Below are positions 9,105 to 17,873 of a DNA stretch of 64,000 nt, one piece after another. The translations under genes were made by a program, and so were the position numbers. The notes below the pieces were generated by a model that searched no databases, was not told where the DNA came from, and saw only the letters and a list, made by a program, of their open reading frames with translations. The stretch's first letter is position 1. Each line of letters starts with the position of its first letter. Source of the stretch: an uncultured Candidatus Peribacteria bacterium (GTDB taxonomy: Bacteria > Patescibacteriota > Gracilibacteria > Peribacterales > Peribacteraceae); assembly GCA_964533375.1 (NCBI GenBank), contig CAZHLW010000003.1:17823-81822 (forward strand). Reading direction: 5' to 3'.

Positions 9105-9329
9105 TTACCAGGAGGACTTGGTGAGGCCCGGGATTTCGCCGTTTGCAGCGAGTTCGCGGACACAGATACGGCAGGCACCGAAGAAACGGATGAATCCATG
9201 GCGGCGTCCGCAGAGTTTACAGCGGTTGTACACACGTGTCGGGAATACGGACTTCTTTCCCTCAGTCTTCGCTTTCAGGAAGACATCCATATTCTTTTTC
9301 TGCCGGTTGACGAGTGCGAGACGAGCCAT
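9105..9329 (-). CDS. rpsN: 30S ribosomal protein S14 (zinc-ribbon type)
   Basis: Internal ATG of the 9105..9494 ORF, giving 74 aa ([12 protein letters not shown]...[10 protein letters not shown]...CRICVRELA...W). CxxC...CxxC motif present. Lies between rplE and rpsH. Confidence 0.85.
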   Translation of the reverse strand: MARLALVNRQKKNMDVFLKAKTEGKKSVFPTRVYNRCKLCGRRHGFIRFFGACRICVRELAANGEIPGLTKSSW

Positions 9330-9372
9330 GAGTGCGGGGGATTGTCTAGAAGAGGAGGGAAGAAAGCAAGGA

Positions 9373-9933
9373 TTAATCGGCTTTGCGGTCAGGACGGAAA
9401 GGCATACCGATCTGCTTGAGGAGCGCTTTTCCGGCTTCATCGTTGCCGGCTGTCGTCGTAATCTGGATCTGGAGACCGAAGGTCTTCTGCACATCGAGTG
9501 CGGGGATTTCCGGGAAGACGGTGTGGTCCTTCAGTCCGATAGCGTAGTTACCGTGTCCGTCGAGCTTTGTCGGCAGTCCGCGGAAGTCGCGGATGCGGGG
9601 CAGGACGTAGCTGATCAGTCTGTCCAGGAATTCTTCCATCTTGCGGCCGCGGAGGGTGACCATGGCACCGACGATACGGCCTTTCGTGATTTTGAAGTTG
9701 GAGATGGACTTCTTGCTGGCGCGGAGCACCGGCTTCTGTCCGGTCATTTTCATGAGGGCCTCTTCAATGAGTTCCTGCATTTCTTTGCCTTCCATCTTTG
9801 AGCGGTTGATACCGACGTTCACGACCACCTGCTTGATTTTCGGGAGGGCGTGGACGTTGGTGATGCCGAGCTCTTTCTTGAGCGTGTCAGCAATCGGGCC
9901 GCGGAGCCGGTCATGGAGAGTTGCGTAAGCCAT
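9373..9933 (-). CDS. rplE: 50S ribosomal protein L5
   Basis: 186 aa ([12 protein letters not shown]...ISNFKI..., [16 protein letters not shown]). Conserved gene order. Confidence 0.9.
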   Translation of the reverse strand: MAYATLHDRLRGPIADTLKKELGITNVHALPKIKQVVVNVGINRSKMEGKEMQELIEEALMKMTGQKPVLRASKKSISNFKITKGRIVGAMVTLRGRKMEEFLDRLISYVLPRIRDFRGLPTKLDGHGNYAIGLKDHTVFPEIPALDVQKTFGLQIQITTTAGNDEAGKALLKQIGMPFRPDRKAD

Positions 9934-9938
9934 AGGGA

Positions 9939-10424
9939 TTATCCGCCTTGTGCGCGGTGAGCGGCTGTAAAGGATGCACCGCCTGCATCATTGGTCTTTG
10001 TGCCGTCTGCTTTGGCACCTTCAGCGTCTGCTTTCTTCCAGAAGGCCTGCTTCTTCGGCAGTGCGTCTTTGGCGTCGGTCTTCTTGGGTTTCTCGGCAGA
10101 CTTGGTGGTTGCTTTGGTAATGACTTCTCCGCTTACTTTCGCGATGCGGGACTTCTTGCCCGTCTTCTCGTCGACCTTGTACCCGATGCGCGTGGGCTTC
10201 TTGGTCTTCGGATCGAGGATCATAACATTGCTGGCATGGATGCTTGCTTCGTACTGGATGCGCTGACCCGGAGCCTGCGTGGTTTTCTTGATGTGGCGGG
10301 TGCGCATGTTGATACCTTCGACCACAACGCGGTTCTTGGTCTCGAGCACGCGGGTAACGGTACCCTGCTTGCCCTTGTCTTTGCCGGTAATGACTGTGAC
10401 TACGTCACCGGTGTGGATCTTCAT
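9939..10424 (-). CDS. rplX: 50S ribosomal protein L24 (long Lys/Ala-rich C-terminal tail)
   Basis: 161 aa. KOW motif ([18 protein letters not shown]). About 55 extra C-terminal residues rich in K/A/T. Confidence 0.9.
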   Translation of the reverse strand: MKIHTGDVVTVITGKDKGKQGTVTRVLETKNRVVVEGINMRTRHIKKTTQAPGQRIQYEASIHASNVMILDPKTKKPTRIGYKVDEKTGKKSRIAKVSGEVITKATTKSAEKPKKTDAKDALPKKQAFWKKADAEGAKADGTKTNDAGGASFTAAHRAQGG

Positions 10425-10789
10425 AGAACGTCTGGGGCCTGGGAGATAATTTTCTGGTAGCCCTTGGCACGCAGTTCGCGGGCGACGGGACCGAAGACAC
10501 GTGTTCCCTTCGGAACACCATCTTTCTGGATGATGACACAGGCGTTGTCGTCGAAGCGGACCCCGGAGCCATCTTTGCGGCGGGTCATCCCGCGCATGCG
10601 GACGACAACTGCGCGCTCCACTGCCTTCTTCTTGACCGTACCGCGGGGAGCGGCGTCTTTAATGGCAACAACGATCACATCTCCAATGCGGGCGTAGCGG
10701 CGGCGTGTTCCACCAAGGACACGGATGCACATCGCCTGCTTGGCGCCGCTGTTATCTGCCACGGTGAGGTAGGTCTGCTGCTGGATCAT
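10421..10789 (-). CDS. rplN: 50S ribosomal protein L14
   Basis: 122 aa ([17 protein letters not shown]...). 4-nt overlaps with both neighbours. Confidence 0.95.
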   Translation of the reverse strand: MIQQQTYLTVADNSGAKQAMCIRVLGGTRRRYARIGDVIVVAIKDAAPRGTVKKKAVERAVVVRMRGMTRRKDGSGVRFDDNACVIIQKDGVPKGTRVFGPVARELRAKGYQKIISQAPDVL

Positions 10790-11121
10790 TGTGCGGAGGG
10801 TTCAGATGTGGAAGGTTCGGATTCGGTTTTGCGGGTCATTGCCTTTGCAACGTCTTTCTCAACAGCGATGTCTCCCACGCGGGGGACGCGCTTTAGGACT
10901 TCTTTCAGGAGGAAATGCTTGTTCTTCGAGAGCGGCTTGCATTCTTCAATCAGGACTTCGTCGCCGACTGCCACGTCTTTCATATTGTTTAAGTCCACCA
11001 GGAATTTCTTGCTGCGGCGGAAGCTCTTTTTGTAGAGCGGGTGGCTGACCTGGCGGTGGGTAGTCACCGTAATGGTGCCGGTCATTTTTGCCGATGTGAC
11101 AATTCCTTTCTTGGTGATCAT
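10786..11121 (-). CDS. rpsQ: 30S ribosomal protein S17
   Basis: 111 aa ([15 protein letters not shown]...HPLYKK...KKFLV). C-terminal extension present. Confidence 0.9.
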   Translation of the reverse strand: MITKKGIVTSAKMTGTITVTTHRQVSHPLYKKSFRRSKKFLVDLNNMKDVAVGDEVLIEECKPLSKNKHFLLKEVLKRVPRVGDIAVEKDVAKAMTRKTESEPSTSEPSAQ

Positions 11122-11414
11122 TTGGCGGTTGCGGGAGCGGACACTTTAGCCTTCTTGGCTGTCTTTTTCAATGCTGGAGCGGATTTGTCCGCCGTAGCCC
11201 CGTTGAGCGGGACGGAGGTGGACTTTTCGTTCTGGATGGTGAGCATGCGGGCCAGTTCCTTCTTTTCGCGAAGGAAGCGGGCGGTATCCTTTTCGGAACG
11301 CATGTGGACATTAATCTGCAACTTGGCGACAACAAGGCGCTTCTCGGCAATCTCCTTGCGGAGATCATCCGTCTGCATATTGCGAAGCTCGGTGGTTGTG
11401 AGGTGGGTTGCCAT
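11118..11414 (-). CDS. rpmC: 50S ribosomal protein L29 (extended)
   Basis: 98 aa (ELRNMQTDDLRKEIAEKRLVVAKLQINVHM), then an Ala/Lys-rich tail. Confidence 0.85.
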   Translation of the reverse strand: MATHLTTTELRNMQTDDLRKEIAEKRLVVAKLQINVHMRSEKDTARFLREKKELARMLTIQNEKSTSVPLNGATADKSAPALKKTAKKAKVSAPATAK

Positions 11415-11419
11415 GGGGA

Positions 11420-11878
11420 TTATGCAGCGAGAGAAGTGGTTGCCTTATCAGCGGAAGCGACAGGGAGCATGTTACTGATGATCTTCGTCTTGAGCGGGAG
11501 CTTGTGGCTGGCCAGGCGCAATGCCTCGCGGGCCTTTGCTTCCGGCAGACCATCCATTTCAAACACGACGGCGCCGCGCTTGAGGGTGATTGCAAAGTAT
11601 TCGAGTGATCCTTTTCCTGCTCCCATCGGCACTTCTGCTGCTTTCTTTGTCACAGCGGTGTGCGGGAAGATGCGGATCCAGATTTTACCTCCGCGCTGGA
11701 CGGAGTGCGTCATTGCCTTACGAGCGGCTTCAATCTGGCGTGCCGTGATTTCACCACTTTCGAGCACTTTGAGACCAATGGAACCAAAAGCGAGGGTTGC
11801 GCCACGCGTGGCCTTGCCTCCGACGGCACCGCGGTTTCTGTGTGGCTTCCGATATTTGAGCTTCTTGGGTTCTAACAT
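11420..11878 (-). CDS. rplP: 50S ribosomal protein L16
   Basis: 152 aa (MLEPKKLKYRKPHRNR...GKIWIRIFP...). Conserved gene order. Confidence 0.9.
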   Translation of the reverse strand: MLEPKKLKYRKPHRNRGAVGGKATRGATLAFGSIGLKVLESGEITARQIEAARKAMTHSVQRGGKIWIRIFPHTAVTKKAAEVPMGAGKGSLEYFAITLKRGAVVFEMDGLPEAKAREALRLASHKLPLKTKIISNMLPVASADKATTSLAA

Positions 11879-11880
11879 GG

Positions 11881-12549
11881 TTACTTGGTGGGAGCGATGG
11901 AATCAGTCTGAGCCTGCTGGATGTTCTTAAACACCATTCCTTTGTAGACCCATACCTTGATGCCGATGGTGCCAAATTTCGTGATGGCGTGGCGGCGTGC
12001 GAACTGGATGTTCGCGCGGAGAGTCTGCAAGGGGATGTTGCCTTCTTTGAAGAGTTCATTGCGGGCAATTTCCGCACCATTCAGGCGTCCGGCAACGAGC
12101 ACTTTCACACCGAGTGCACCGGACTGCATTGCTTTTTCCATCGCCATTTTGGCGGCACGGCGGTACGGCATGCGGCGGGTGATCTGTCCCTGGATGTTTT
12201 CTGCAATGGAGACAGCGTCTGTATCCGGAGCACGCAGTTCCTGGATAACAACTTCGAAGTTGCCGCCGAAACGCTTTTCCAGATCCTTCTTCAGGTCTTC
12301 AATAGCAGCGCCCTGCTTGCCGATAATCACACCGGGCTTGCTGGATTCGATGGTGACAGATGTGCGCTTACTGCGCTCAATACCAATGGAACTGATACCT
12401 GCATCCTTCAGCTTCCCCATGATATACCGCTTAATCAGCTGATCCTGCAGGAACAAATCACGGTACTTTTTGCCGCGTGCGAACCAGACGGATGCCCATG
12501 TGTGGGTGATTCCGATTCGGAAGCCGTTGGGATTAACTTTCTGACCCAT
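11881..12549 (-). CDS. rpsC: 30S ribosomal protein S3
   Basis: 222 aa (MGQKVNPNGFRIGI...). KH and S3-C regions recognisable. Confidence 0.95.
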   Translation of the reverse strand: MGQKVNPNGFRIGITHTWASVWFARGKKYRDLFLQDQLIKRYIMGKLKDAGISSIGIERSKRTSVTIESSKPGVIIGKQGAAIEDLKKDLEKRFGGNFEVVIQELRAPDTDAVSIAENIQGQITRRMPYRRAAKMAMEKAMQSGALGVKVLVAGRLNGAEIARNELFKEGNIPLQTLRANIQFARRHAITKFGTIGIKVWVYKGMVFKNIQQAQTDSIAPTK

Positions 12550-12565
12550 AAGAGTGATAAGTGAG

Positions 12566-12597
12566 GGGAGCTTGCCCTGAGCGGCAGCGAAGGGTTA
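12566..12597. repeat. Spacer motif copy 1 (GGGAGCTTGCCCTGAGCGGCAGCGAAGGGTTA)
   Basis: Fills most of the rplV-rpsC spacer. On the sense (minus) strand it starts at the TAA stop of rplV. Near-identical copy at 14393-14424. Confidence 0.7.
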
Positions 12598-13143
12598 GGA
12601 CTGGGAGGAAGCAGAATTATCAGAAACTTTCTTCTCTGCCTGTACTTCGCTTGTCGCGGTTGCGGGCTGAGAGGAGCTGACATCTTTTACAGGAGTTTTT
12701 GCAGCTTGTGAAGCTGTTTTCTTCTGAGTTGCAGTAGGCTTCTCTCCCTGAGCCTGTCGAACGGGTTTGGTAGCAGCCTTTGTCTCTTTCTTTGCCTGAG
12801 CCTCCGCATGAACACCGTCTGAAATGCCGAGAGCGACGGAAATGTGGCTCATGAACTTGTTCATCATACGCATGCGGCCTCTCGCCATCGGCACACCGCG
12901 CTGGTAGGCCATTCCCTGGTTGACGATGATGGTTTTGATCATGAGGTTTCCCTTGCGCTGCTTGTCGTTATGCTCAGCGTTGGCAACAGCCGACTTTACG
13001 AGCGTTTCGACCAGACGGGCGCCTTTCTTGTTCGTCTTTGCAAGAGCAGTCAGTGCCTCATCCACGCGCATGCCGCGCACCATCATGGCAATGATGTTTG
13101 CTTTCTTCGGAGCGATGCGGGCGGAGCGGAGATAGGCTTTCAT
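12595..13143 (-). CDS. rplV: 50S ribosomal protein L22 (long C-terminal tail)
   Basis: 182 aa. L22 core (ARIAPKKANIIAMMVRGMRVDEAL...) plus about 70 residues of A/K/T/S-rich tail. Confidence 0.9.
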   Translation of the reverse strand: MKAYLRSARIAPKKANIIAMMVRGMRVDEALTALAKTNKKGARLVETLVKSAVANAEHNDKQRKGNLMIKTIIVNQGMAYQRGVPMARGRMRMMNKFMSHISVALGISDGVHAEAQAKKETKAATKPVRQAQGEKPTATQKKTASQAAKTPVKDVSSSQPATATSEVQAEKKVSDNSASSQS

Positions 13144-13154
13144 GGGATGAGGGG

Positions 13155-13198
13155 GATCGGCGATCAGAGATCAGAGATCGGGAGTGGAATTATTTCTT
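13155..13198. repeat. Heptamer array plus core (GATCGGC GATCAGA GATCAGA GATCGGG ... GTGGAATTATTTCTT)
   Basis: Four 7-nt repeats fill the rpsS-rplV spacer. The reverse complement of the adjacent core (AAGAAATAATTCCAC) contains the last codons and TAA stop of rpsS. Confidence 0.7.
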
Positions 13199-13480
13199 GG
13201 CGGGAGCGGGAGCGGCGGCCATCTTGCCTCCGTGGCCCTTAAACTTCGTGGTCCAGGCAAACTCACCGAGTTTGTGACCGACCATCTGTTCCGTGACATA
13301 CACAGGCAGGAATTCTTTTCCGTTGTGGACAGCGAAGGTGAAGCCAACGAATTCAGGCGGGATGTCGCAGTCACGGGCCCAGGTCTTGATGATCTTCTTT
13401 TCACCCTTGGCTATCTGTGCGTTGACCTTTCCGAGCAGGCGTTCGTTGATGTGTGGGCCTTTCTTGAGGGAGCGGGACAT
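13190..13480 (-). CDS. rpsS: 30S ribosomal protein S19
   Basis: 96 aa ([16 protein letters not shown]...GHKLGEFA.T). Conserved gene order. Confidence 0.95.
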   Translation of the reverse strand: MSRSLKKGPHINERLLGKVNAQIAKGEKKIIKTWARDCDIPPEFVGFTFAVHNGKEFLPVYVTEQMVGHKLGEFAWTTKFKGHGGKMAAAPAPAKK

Positions 13481-13484
13481 CTTA

Positions 13485-13540
13485 GGTGATAGGAAGTAGG
13501 AAGTAGGAGTAGGGAGATTCAGAGGGGATTATTTCTTCTT
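13485..13540. repeat. Heptamer array plus core-like end (GGTGATA GGAAGTA GGAAGTA GGAGTA GGG ... GGGGATTATTTCTTCTT)
   Basis: 7-nt periodic repeats fill the rplB-rpsS spacer. On the minus strand rplB ends AAGAAGAAATAATCCCC, the same design as at 13184-13198. Confidence 0.6.
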
Positions 13541-14377
13541 GTTCTTCTTCACGCGGCGGCGAACGATCATATTGCTGCTCTTGAGCTTGCGCTTGCGGGT
13601 CTTCACACCGAGGGCCTTCTTTCCCCACTTCGTCTTGGGGGCCTTGAGACCGACCGGGTTGTGGCCTTCTCCTCCTCCGTGCGGGTGATCGACGGCGTTC
13701 ATGGACTTACCAAGCACATGCGGACGGATACCGCGCCAGCGCATACGTCCCGCCTTTCCCCAGCTGATAAGGCTGTGTTCGGGGTTGGAGACGATACCGA
13801 TGGTAGCGCTGCATTCCTTCTGGACTTTGCGCATTTCACTCGAAGGCAGTTCGATGAGGGCATACGGGCCGTCGAAACCGACGAGCGTTGCGGATGTTCC
13901 TGCGGAGCGGACAATCTGTCCACCCTGACCCGGGCGCATTTCAACGTTAAAGACCTTATAACCAACCGGGATGTACTGGAGCTGCATGCGGTTTCCTGTC
14001 TTCACCTTCGTGCGCTCTCCGGCAACAATGCTATCACCCACTTTCAGAGTCTGTGGAGCAAGGACGTAGCGCTTTTCACCATCGGCATAGTGCACGAGGG
14101 CAATATAGGAGGTGCGGTTTGGATCGTATTCGAGGGACATGATGGTTCCCGGAACACCTGCTTTGTCGATCTGGCGGAAGTCGATATCGCGCAGCAGTTT
14201 CTTGTGTCCTCCACCGCGGCGGCGGATGGCAATGCGGCCGGAGCCGTCGCGTCCGTTAATGCGGCGCTTTCCCTTCGTCAGTCCCTTCTCGGGACGCTTT
14301 TTCGTAAGCTCAGAGAAGTCTGCGACGGTGTAAGCGCGCCTGGCAGAGGTCGTTGGTTTGAGCTTCTTGAGCGGCAT
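13529..14377 (-). CDS. rplB: 50S ribosomal protein L2
   Basis: 282 aa (...GRDGSGRIAIRRRGGGHKK..., VDHPHGGGEG). Conserved gene order. Confidence 0.95.
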   Translation of the reverse strand: MPLKKLKPTTSARRAYTVADFSELTKKRPEKGLTKGKRRINGRDGSGRIAIRRRGGGHKKLLRDIDFRQIDKAGVPGTIMSLEYDPNRTSYIALVHYADGEKRYVLAPQTLKVGDSIVAGERTKVKTGNRMQLQYIPVGYKVFNVEMRPGQGGQIVRSAGTSATLVGFDGPYALIELPSSEMRKVQKECSATIGIVSNPEHSLISWGKAGRMRWRGIRPHVLGKSMNAVDHPHGGGEGHNPVGLKAPKTKWGKKALGVKTRKRKLKSSNMIVRRRVKKNKKK

Positions 14378-14392
14378 GAGAGTAAAGGGGAG

Positions 14393-14424
14393 AGGGACTT
14401 GCCCTGAGCGGAGTCGAAGGGTTA
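14393..14424. repeat. Spacer motif copy 2 (AGGGACTTGCCCTGAGCGGAGTCGAAGGGTTA)
   Basis: In the rplW-rplB spacer, again starting at the TAA stop of the upstream gene on the sense strand. Differs at only a few positions from 12566-12597. Confidence 0.7.
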
Positions 14425-14721
14425 GGAGGCTTTGAACTTAGAGAAATCGAGAGCAGAACTCTTCTCGGTGAGGGTGACCATCATTTTCTTTGATGGGTGG
14501 CGCTTCGTCATCACGCGTCCGGCGCCGAGGTTGCGGGTCTTTGTGGTAGTGCGCATGACACGGATACTTGCGACATCAACCTGGTAGAACTTTGTAAGAG
14601 CGGTTTTGACATCGATCTTCGTCGCACCATTCTGGACTCTGAGCGTGTAGCTGCGTCCGGCCTTCTGGCGTTCTGCCTTTTCTGTGACGATGGGACCGAG
14701 GATGATGCGGGAGATATCCAT
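14422..14721 (-). CDS. rplW: 50S ribosomal protein L23
   Basis: 99 aa (ILGPIVTEKA...YTLRV...ATKIDVKTALTKFY). Conserved gene order. Confidence 0.9.
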   Translation of the reverse strand: MDISRIILGPIVTEKAERQKAGRSYTLRVQNGATKIDVKTALTKFYQVDVASIRVMRTTTKTRNLGAGRVMTKRHPSKKMMVTLTEKSSALDFSKFKAS

Positions 14722-14730
14722 GGGAGGGGG

Positions 14731-15474
14731 TTAGGATTTCTTGGTAGAAGTCTTCTTTGCAGCGGTTTTCTTCGCTGCTTTCACTTTCGGTTCGGACTTG
14801 AGCTTCGCAACCGGAGCGCGCTTTGTGGTGTTTGCGACGTGCTCCTTCTTTCCAAACAGCTTGTCTGCTTCATCGATTGCATCCACCAGGAAGACGATGC
14901 TCTTTGCGTTCAGCACTTCCTCTGCGTTCAGGTACGCTGCGCGCACGGTTTCGGTGCGGGCAATATTGCGTGCGGAGAGCTGCAGGGACTTATGTTCGGA
15001 CGGGCTGACAATCAGAATATTGCGGCCGTACGAAACGGGCAATTTCTTGAGCAGATCCGCCAATGTCTTGGTTTTGATGGTTTCAGGGAAGCTGTCCACT
15101 GCAACAATAGCACCCTTGTTTGCCATCACGCTCAGACAGCTGCGGAGCGCTGCATGGCGCATTTTCTTCGGCATGTCTTTCGTCCAGTTGCGGTCGTTTC
15201 TGGGACCGAAGTTCTTTCCACCTCCGCGCATGAGAGAGTTTCTAATAGCACCGTGGCGTGCGCCTCCGGTGTGCTTCTGGGGCTTGATTTTGCGGGTGGA
15301 ACCCTGGACTTCGCTCTGCGTCTTCACGTGGGCCGGGGACTGGCGGCGGTTTGCCTGCTGCATCACCACAGCCTGGTGCATGAGACCCCAGTTTGCATCG
15401 GCTCCGAAGAGCGAGGCTGGGAGGTCCATGGATTTCACCTTGGAGCCGGTGGCGGAGAAAACATCAATAGTCAT
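14731..15474 (-). CDS. rplD: 50S ribosomal protein L4 (Lys-rich tail)
   Basis: 247 aa (...KPQKHTGGARHGAIRNSLMRGGGKNFGP...). C-terminal KVKAAKKTAAKKTSTKKS tail. Confidence 0.9.
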   Translation of the reverse strand: MTIDVFSATGSKVKSMDLPASLFGADANWGLMHQAVVMQQANRRQSPAHVKTQSEVQGSTRKIKPQKHTGGARHGAIRNSLMRGGGKNFGPRNDRNWTKDMPKKMRHAALRSCLSVMANKGAIVAVDSFPETIKTKTLADLLKKLPVSYGRNILIVSPSEHKSLQLSARNIARTETVRAAYLNAEEVLNAKSIVFLVDAIDEADKLFGKKEHVANTTKRAPVAKLKSEPKVKAAKKTAAKKTSTKKS

Positions 15475-15479
15475 AAGGA

Positions 15480-16082
15480 TTACTTGGATTGCTCAAGAGT
15501 AAGGAACACATGGGAACCATTCGGGCCCGGAACCGGACCTTTGATGGCAATCAGATTCTTTTTGAGGTCATTGATGACAACCGGACGATGCTTGATGGTG
15601 ATCTTATCCAGTCCCATGTGCCCGGCCATGCGCTTTCCTTTGAAGATACGTCCCGGCCAGGTACGCATACCGATGGAACCCGGTTCGCGCTTGAAGTGGG
15701 AGCCATGGGAGCCCGGACCTCCGTGGAAGCCGTGGCGCTTCATAACACCGGCAAAACCCTTTCCTTTGCTGATTCCTTCAACGCTGACCATGGAATCGGT
15801 CGGCATCACTTCCACAGTAAGGTTCTTGCCTGCTTCCATACCATCCAGGGATTCAACCTGGAATTCCTTCTGCAGGGCGTAACGGGTGTGTTCAGCGCCC
15901 TTGCGGGACTTCCACTGCTTGGCACCGATTCCAAGGACAACGGCATCATAACCGTCCTTTTCCTTTGTTTTGGTGCGAACAACGGTGTTCGGCTGAATTT
16001 CGAGATACGTGACGGGGACAGCCTCGCCCGTGGGCAAGAATGCTCGTGACATACCGATCTTTTTGGCGATGAGACCAATCAT
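15480..16082 (-). CDS. rplC: 50S ribosomal protein L3
   Basis: 200 aa (MIGLIAKKIGMSRAF...GKGFAGVMKRHGFHGGPGSHGS). First gene of the cluster in this window. Confidence 0.95.
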   Translation of the reverse strand: MIGLIAKKIGMSRAFLPTGEAVPVTYLEIQPNTVVRTKTKEKDGYDAVVLGIGAKQWKSRKGAEHTRYALQKEFQVESLDGMEAGKNLTVEVMPTDSMVSVEGISKGKGFAGVMKRHGFHGGPGSHGSHFKREPGSIGMRTWPGRIFKGKRMAGHMGLDKITIKHRPVVINDLKKNLIAIKGPVPGPNGSHVFLTLEQSK

Positions 16083-16272
16083 AGGAGTGCTTGGAGGTTC
16101 CTCTGGGCTGCTTGTTTAGTGCTTTAGGGGCGACGTAAAGGCGGCCTCGAACGTAAGCGAGGAGAAAGTGCGGGGAGTTTAGAAACCTTTCTCTGCGGAG
16201 TCAAATGTATTTTGCAGCTTTCTGCGGGAATCAGCGGAGTTTTGGAGGGGGCCCTATAAAAGAAGTGGCAAA

Positions 16273-17127
16273 GTGCCTACACTCGCTGCCATGACCCTGC
16301 TTGCAAGAACTCTTGCCCGTTTTCCGCTGATGGCGCGTCTGCAAGCCAAAAAACACGCACGGATTGATGCGTATCTGAAGCTCCATCTGCTGGAGAACCC
16401 GACGTACGATGATCCCAAACGCCTGAATCGCTTCGAGTTCCAGGCCTATTCCCAAAGCGGTGAAGACGGCATTATCGCAGAAATTTTCCGGCGCATCGGT
16501 GTAAAAAACCGTGTGTTTGTGGAATGCGGAGTTGGTGACGGCTACGAATGTAACTCCCTGTATTTGCTGATGCAGGGATGGACCGGTGTTTGGATAGAAG
16601 GCAATCCCCGCTTCTGCCGTACCATTCGCCGCGCGCACGCGGACAGCATCAGCGACAAAAAATTGATACTAAAGGAAGTGATGATAACGCCGGACACTGT
16701 TGATGATCTTCTGATGCAATCGGGTATTGATGATGAACCGGATCTGCTCTCGATTGATACCGATGGCAATGATTACTGGCTCTGGAAGAGCGTCCAGCAC
16801 AAGCAGCCGAGAGTGGTGGTGATTGAATACAATGCGCTGCACCGGCCTCCTGTGGAGTGGATCATGAAAGAAAATCCGGCGCACACCTGGACGCGCGACA
16901 CGTACTACGGTGCGAGTCTGTCGTCTCTGGAAAAACTGGGACAGGAAAAAGGCTACACGCTGGTCGGGTGTAACTTCAGCGGCGGCAACGCGTTTTTTGT
17001 GCGCAGTGATCTGGTGAGTGACAAGTTTGTGATGGCTGATGCCACGTACCACTACGAACCGCTGCGTCTGTTTCTGCTGCGGCCTGCGGGTGCGTTTCCT
17101 ATACGATTGACGGAGCAGCGCTCATGA
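16273..17127 (+). CDS. Class I methyltransferase-like protein (FkbM-like), function uncertain
   Basis: 284 aa (YSQSGEDGIIAEIF...VFVECGVGDGYECNS...LLSIDTDGNDYWLW). The family call is from memory of similar O-antigen-cluster proteins. The ORF-track start is GTG; an ATG lies 18 nt downstream. Confidence 0.4.
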   Translation: MPTLAAMTLLARTLARFPLMARLQAKKHARIDAYLKLHLLENPTYDDPKRLNRFEFQAYSQSGEDGIIAEIFRRIGVKNRVFVECGVGDGYECNSLYLLMQGWTGVWIEGNPRFCRTIRRAHADSISDKKLILKEVMITPDTVDDLLMQSGIDDEPDLLSIDTDGNDYWLWKSVQHKQPRVVVIEYNALHRPPVEWIMKENPAHTWTRDTYYGASLSSLEKLGQEKGYTLVGCNFSGGNAFFVRSDLVSDKFVMADATYHYEPLRLFLLRPAGAFPIRLTEQRS

Positions 17128-17873
17128 AAACGGTGATGATCCTGCTGCGGCGTCTGCACTGGTTTTGGGTGACTGTTCTGTATGAGCTGAGTCTCGTACT
17201 CCAGTATCCTGTGATGACAGCATGGTATCTCTGGGTGCGCACAAGCGACGGCCGTGTGCATTTTTCGATTGGCGACAGTCACGCACTTTTTAGCTTCGCA
17301 CGCATCCGTCATATCATTCGTTTGCCTATTGGACCTGTAACCATGCACCGTATTGGACGGGACGGACTTCAGGCATTTCCCCTCTTCCGGACGCACTCTT
17401 TCTTCTGGCCACAGCGGACACTACAAAAAGGGGACACAGTGTTTTTTTCGTTTGGAGAAATTGATTGCCGGTGCCACATCAACAAACAGATTGAGAGCGG
17501 ACGCACGGAAGAAGACGTCATCAGCAGTCTTGCAACTGCGTACGTACAGGCCATCGTGCAGGAACGACACGACGGTGTAACCTTTGCGCTGATGAGCGTG
17601 ACGCCGCCCGCACGCGCGGCGGATCTGCAGGATTTCCGTATTTTCCAGCCGCAGGGATCGGACGAAGAGCGATCGCGCTACACACGTCTTTTGAATGAAG
17701 CATTGCAGAGGCAGGCGATGCAGCATCATCTTCTGTACGTTGATACCTACAGCCACTACAAAGATGCAGACGGTATGCTGCGCTATCCCCTGTCCGACGG
17801 GAAAACGCACATCAGTGATCCAGATGGAATGCGGCAACTAGTCCATCACTCTCTCGGTGATGATGGAGTGTGA
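17124..17873 (+). CDS. Hypothetical protein, possibly SGNH/GDSL-type hydrolase
   Basis: 249 aa. 4-nt overlap with the upstream gene. GDS-like block (FSIGDSHA) and a later FSFGEIDCR block. Weak assignment. Confidence 0.3.
   Translation: MKTVMILLRRLHWFWVTVLYELSLVLQYPVMTAWYLWVRTSDGRVHFSIGDSHALFSFARIRHIIRLPIGPVTMHRIGRDGLQAFPLFRTHSFFWPQRTLQKGDTVFFSFGEIDCRCHINKQIESGRTEEDVISSLATAYVQAIVQERHDGVTFALMSVTPPARAADLQDFRIFQPQGSDEERSRYTRLLNEALQRQAMQHHLLYVDTYSHYKDADGMLRYPLSDGKTHISDPDGMRQLVHHSLGDDGV

Noticed and set aside
14497-15882. 461-aa plus-strand ORF
   Set aside because: It is antisense to rplW, rplD and rplC, which are unambiguous. There is no recognisable motif, and long antisense ORFs are typical of GC-biased sequence.
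16231-16638. 135-aa minus-strand ORF that could have been taken for a gene upstream of rplC (S10 position)
   Set aside because: It has no similarity to S10, and it overlaps the better-supported plus-strand methyltransferase-like ORF.
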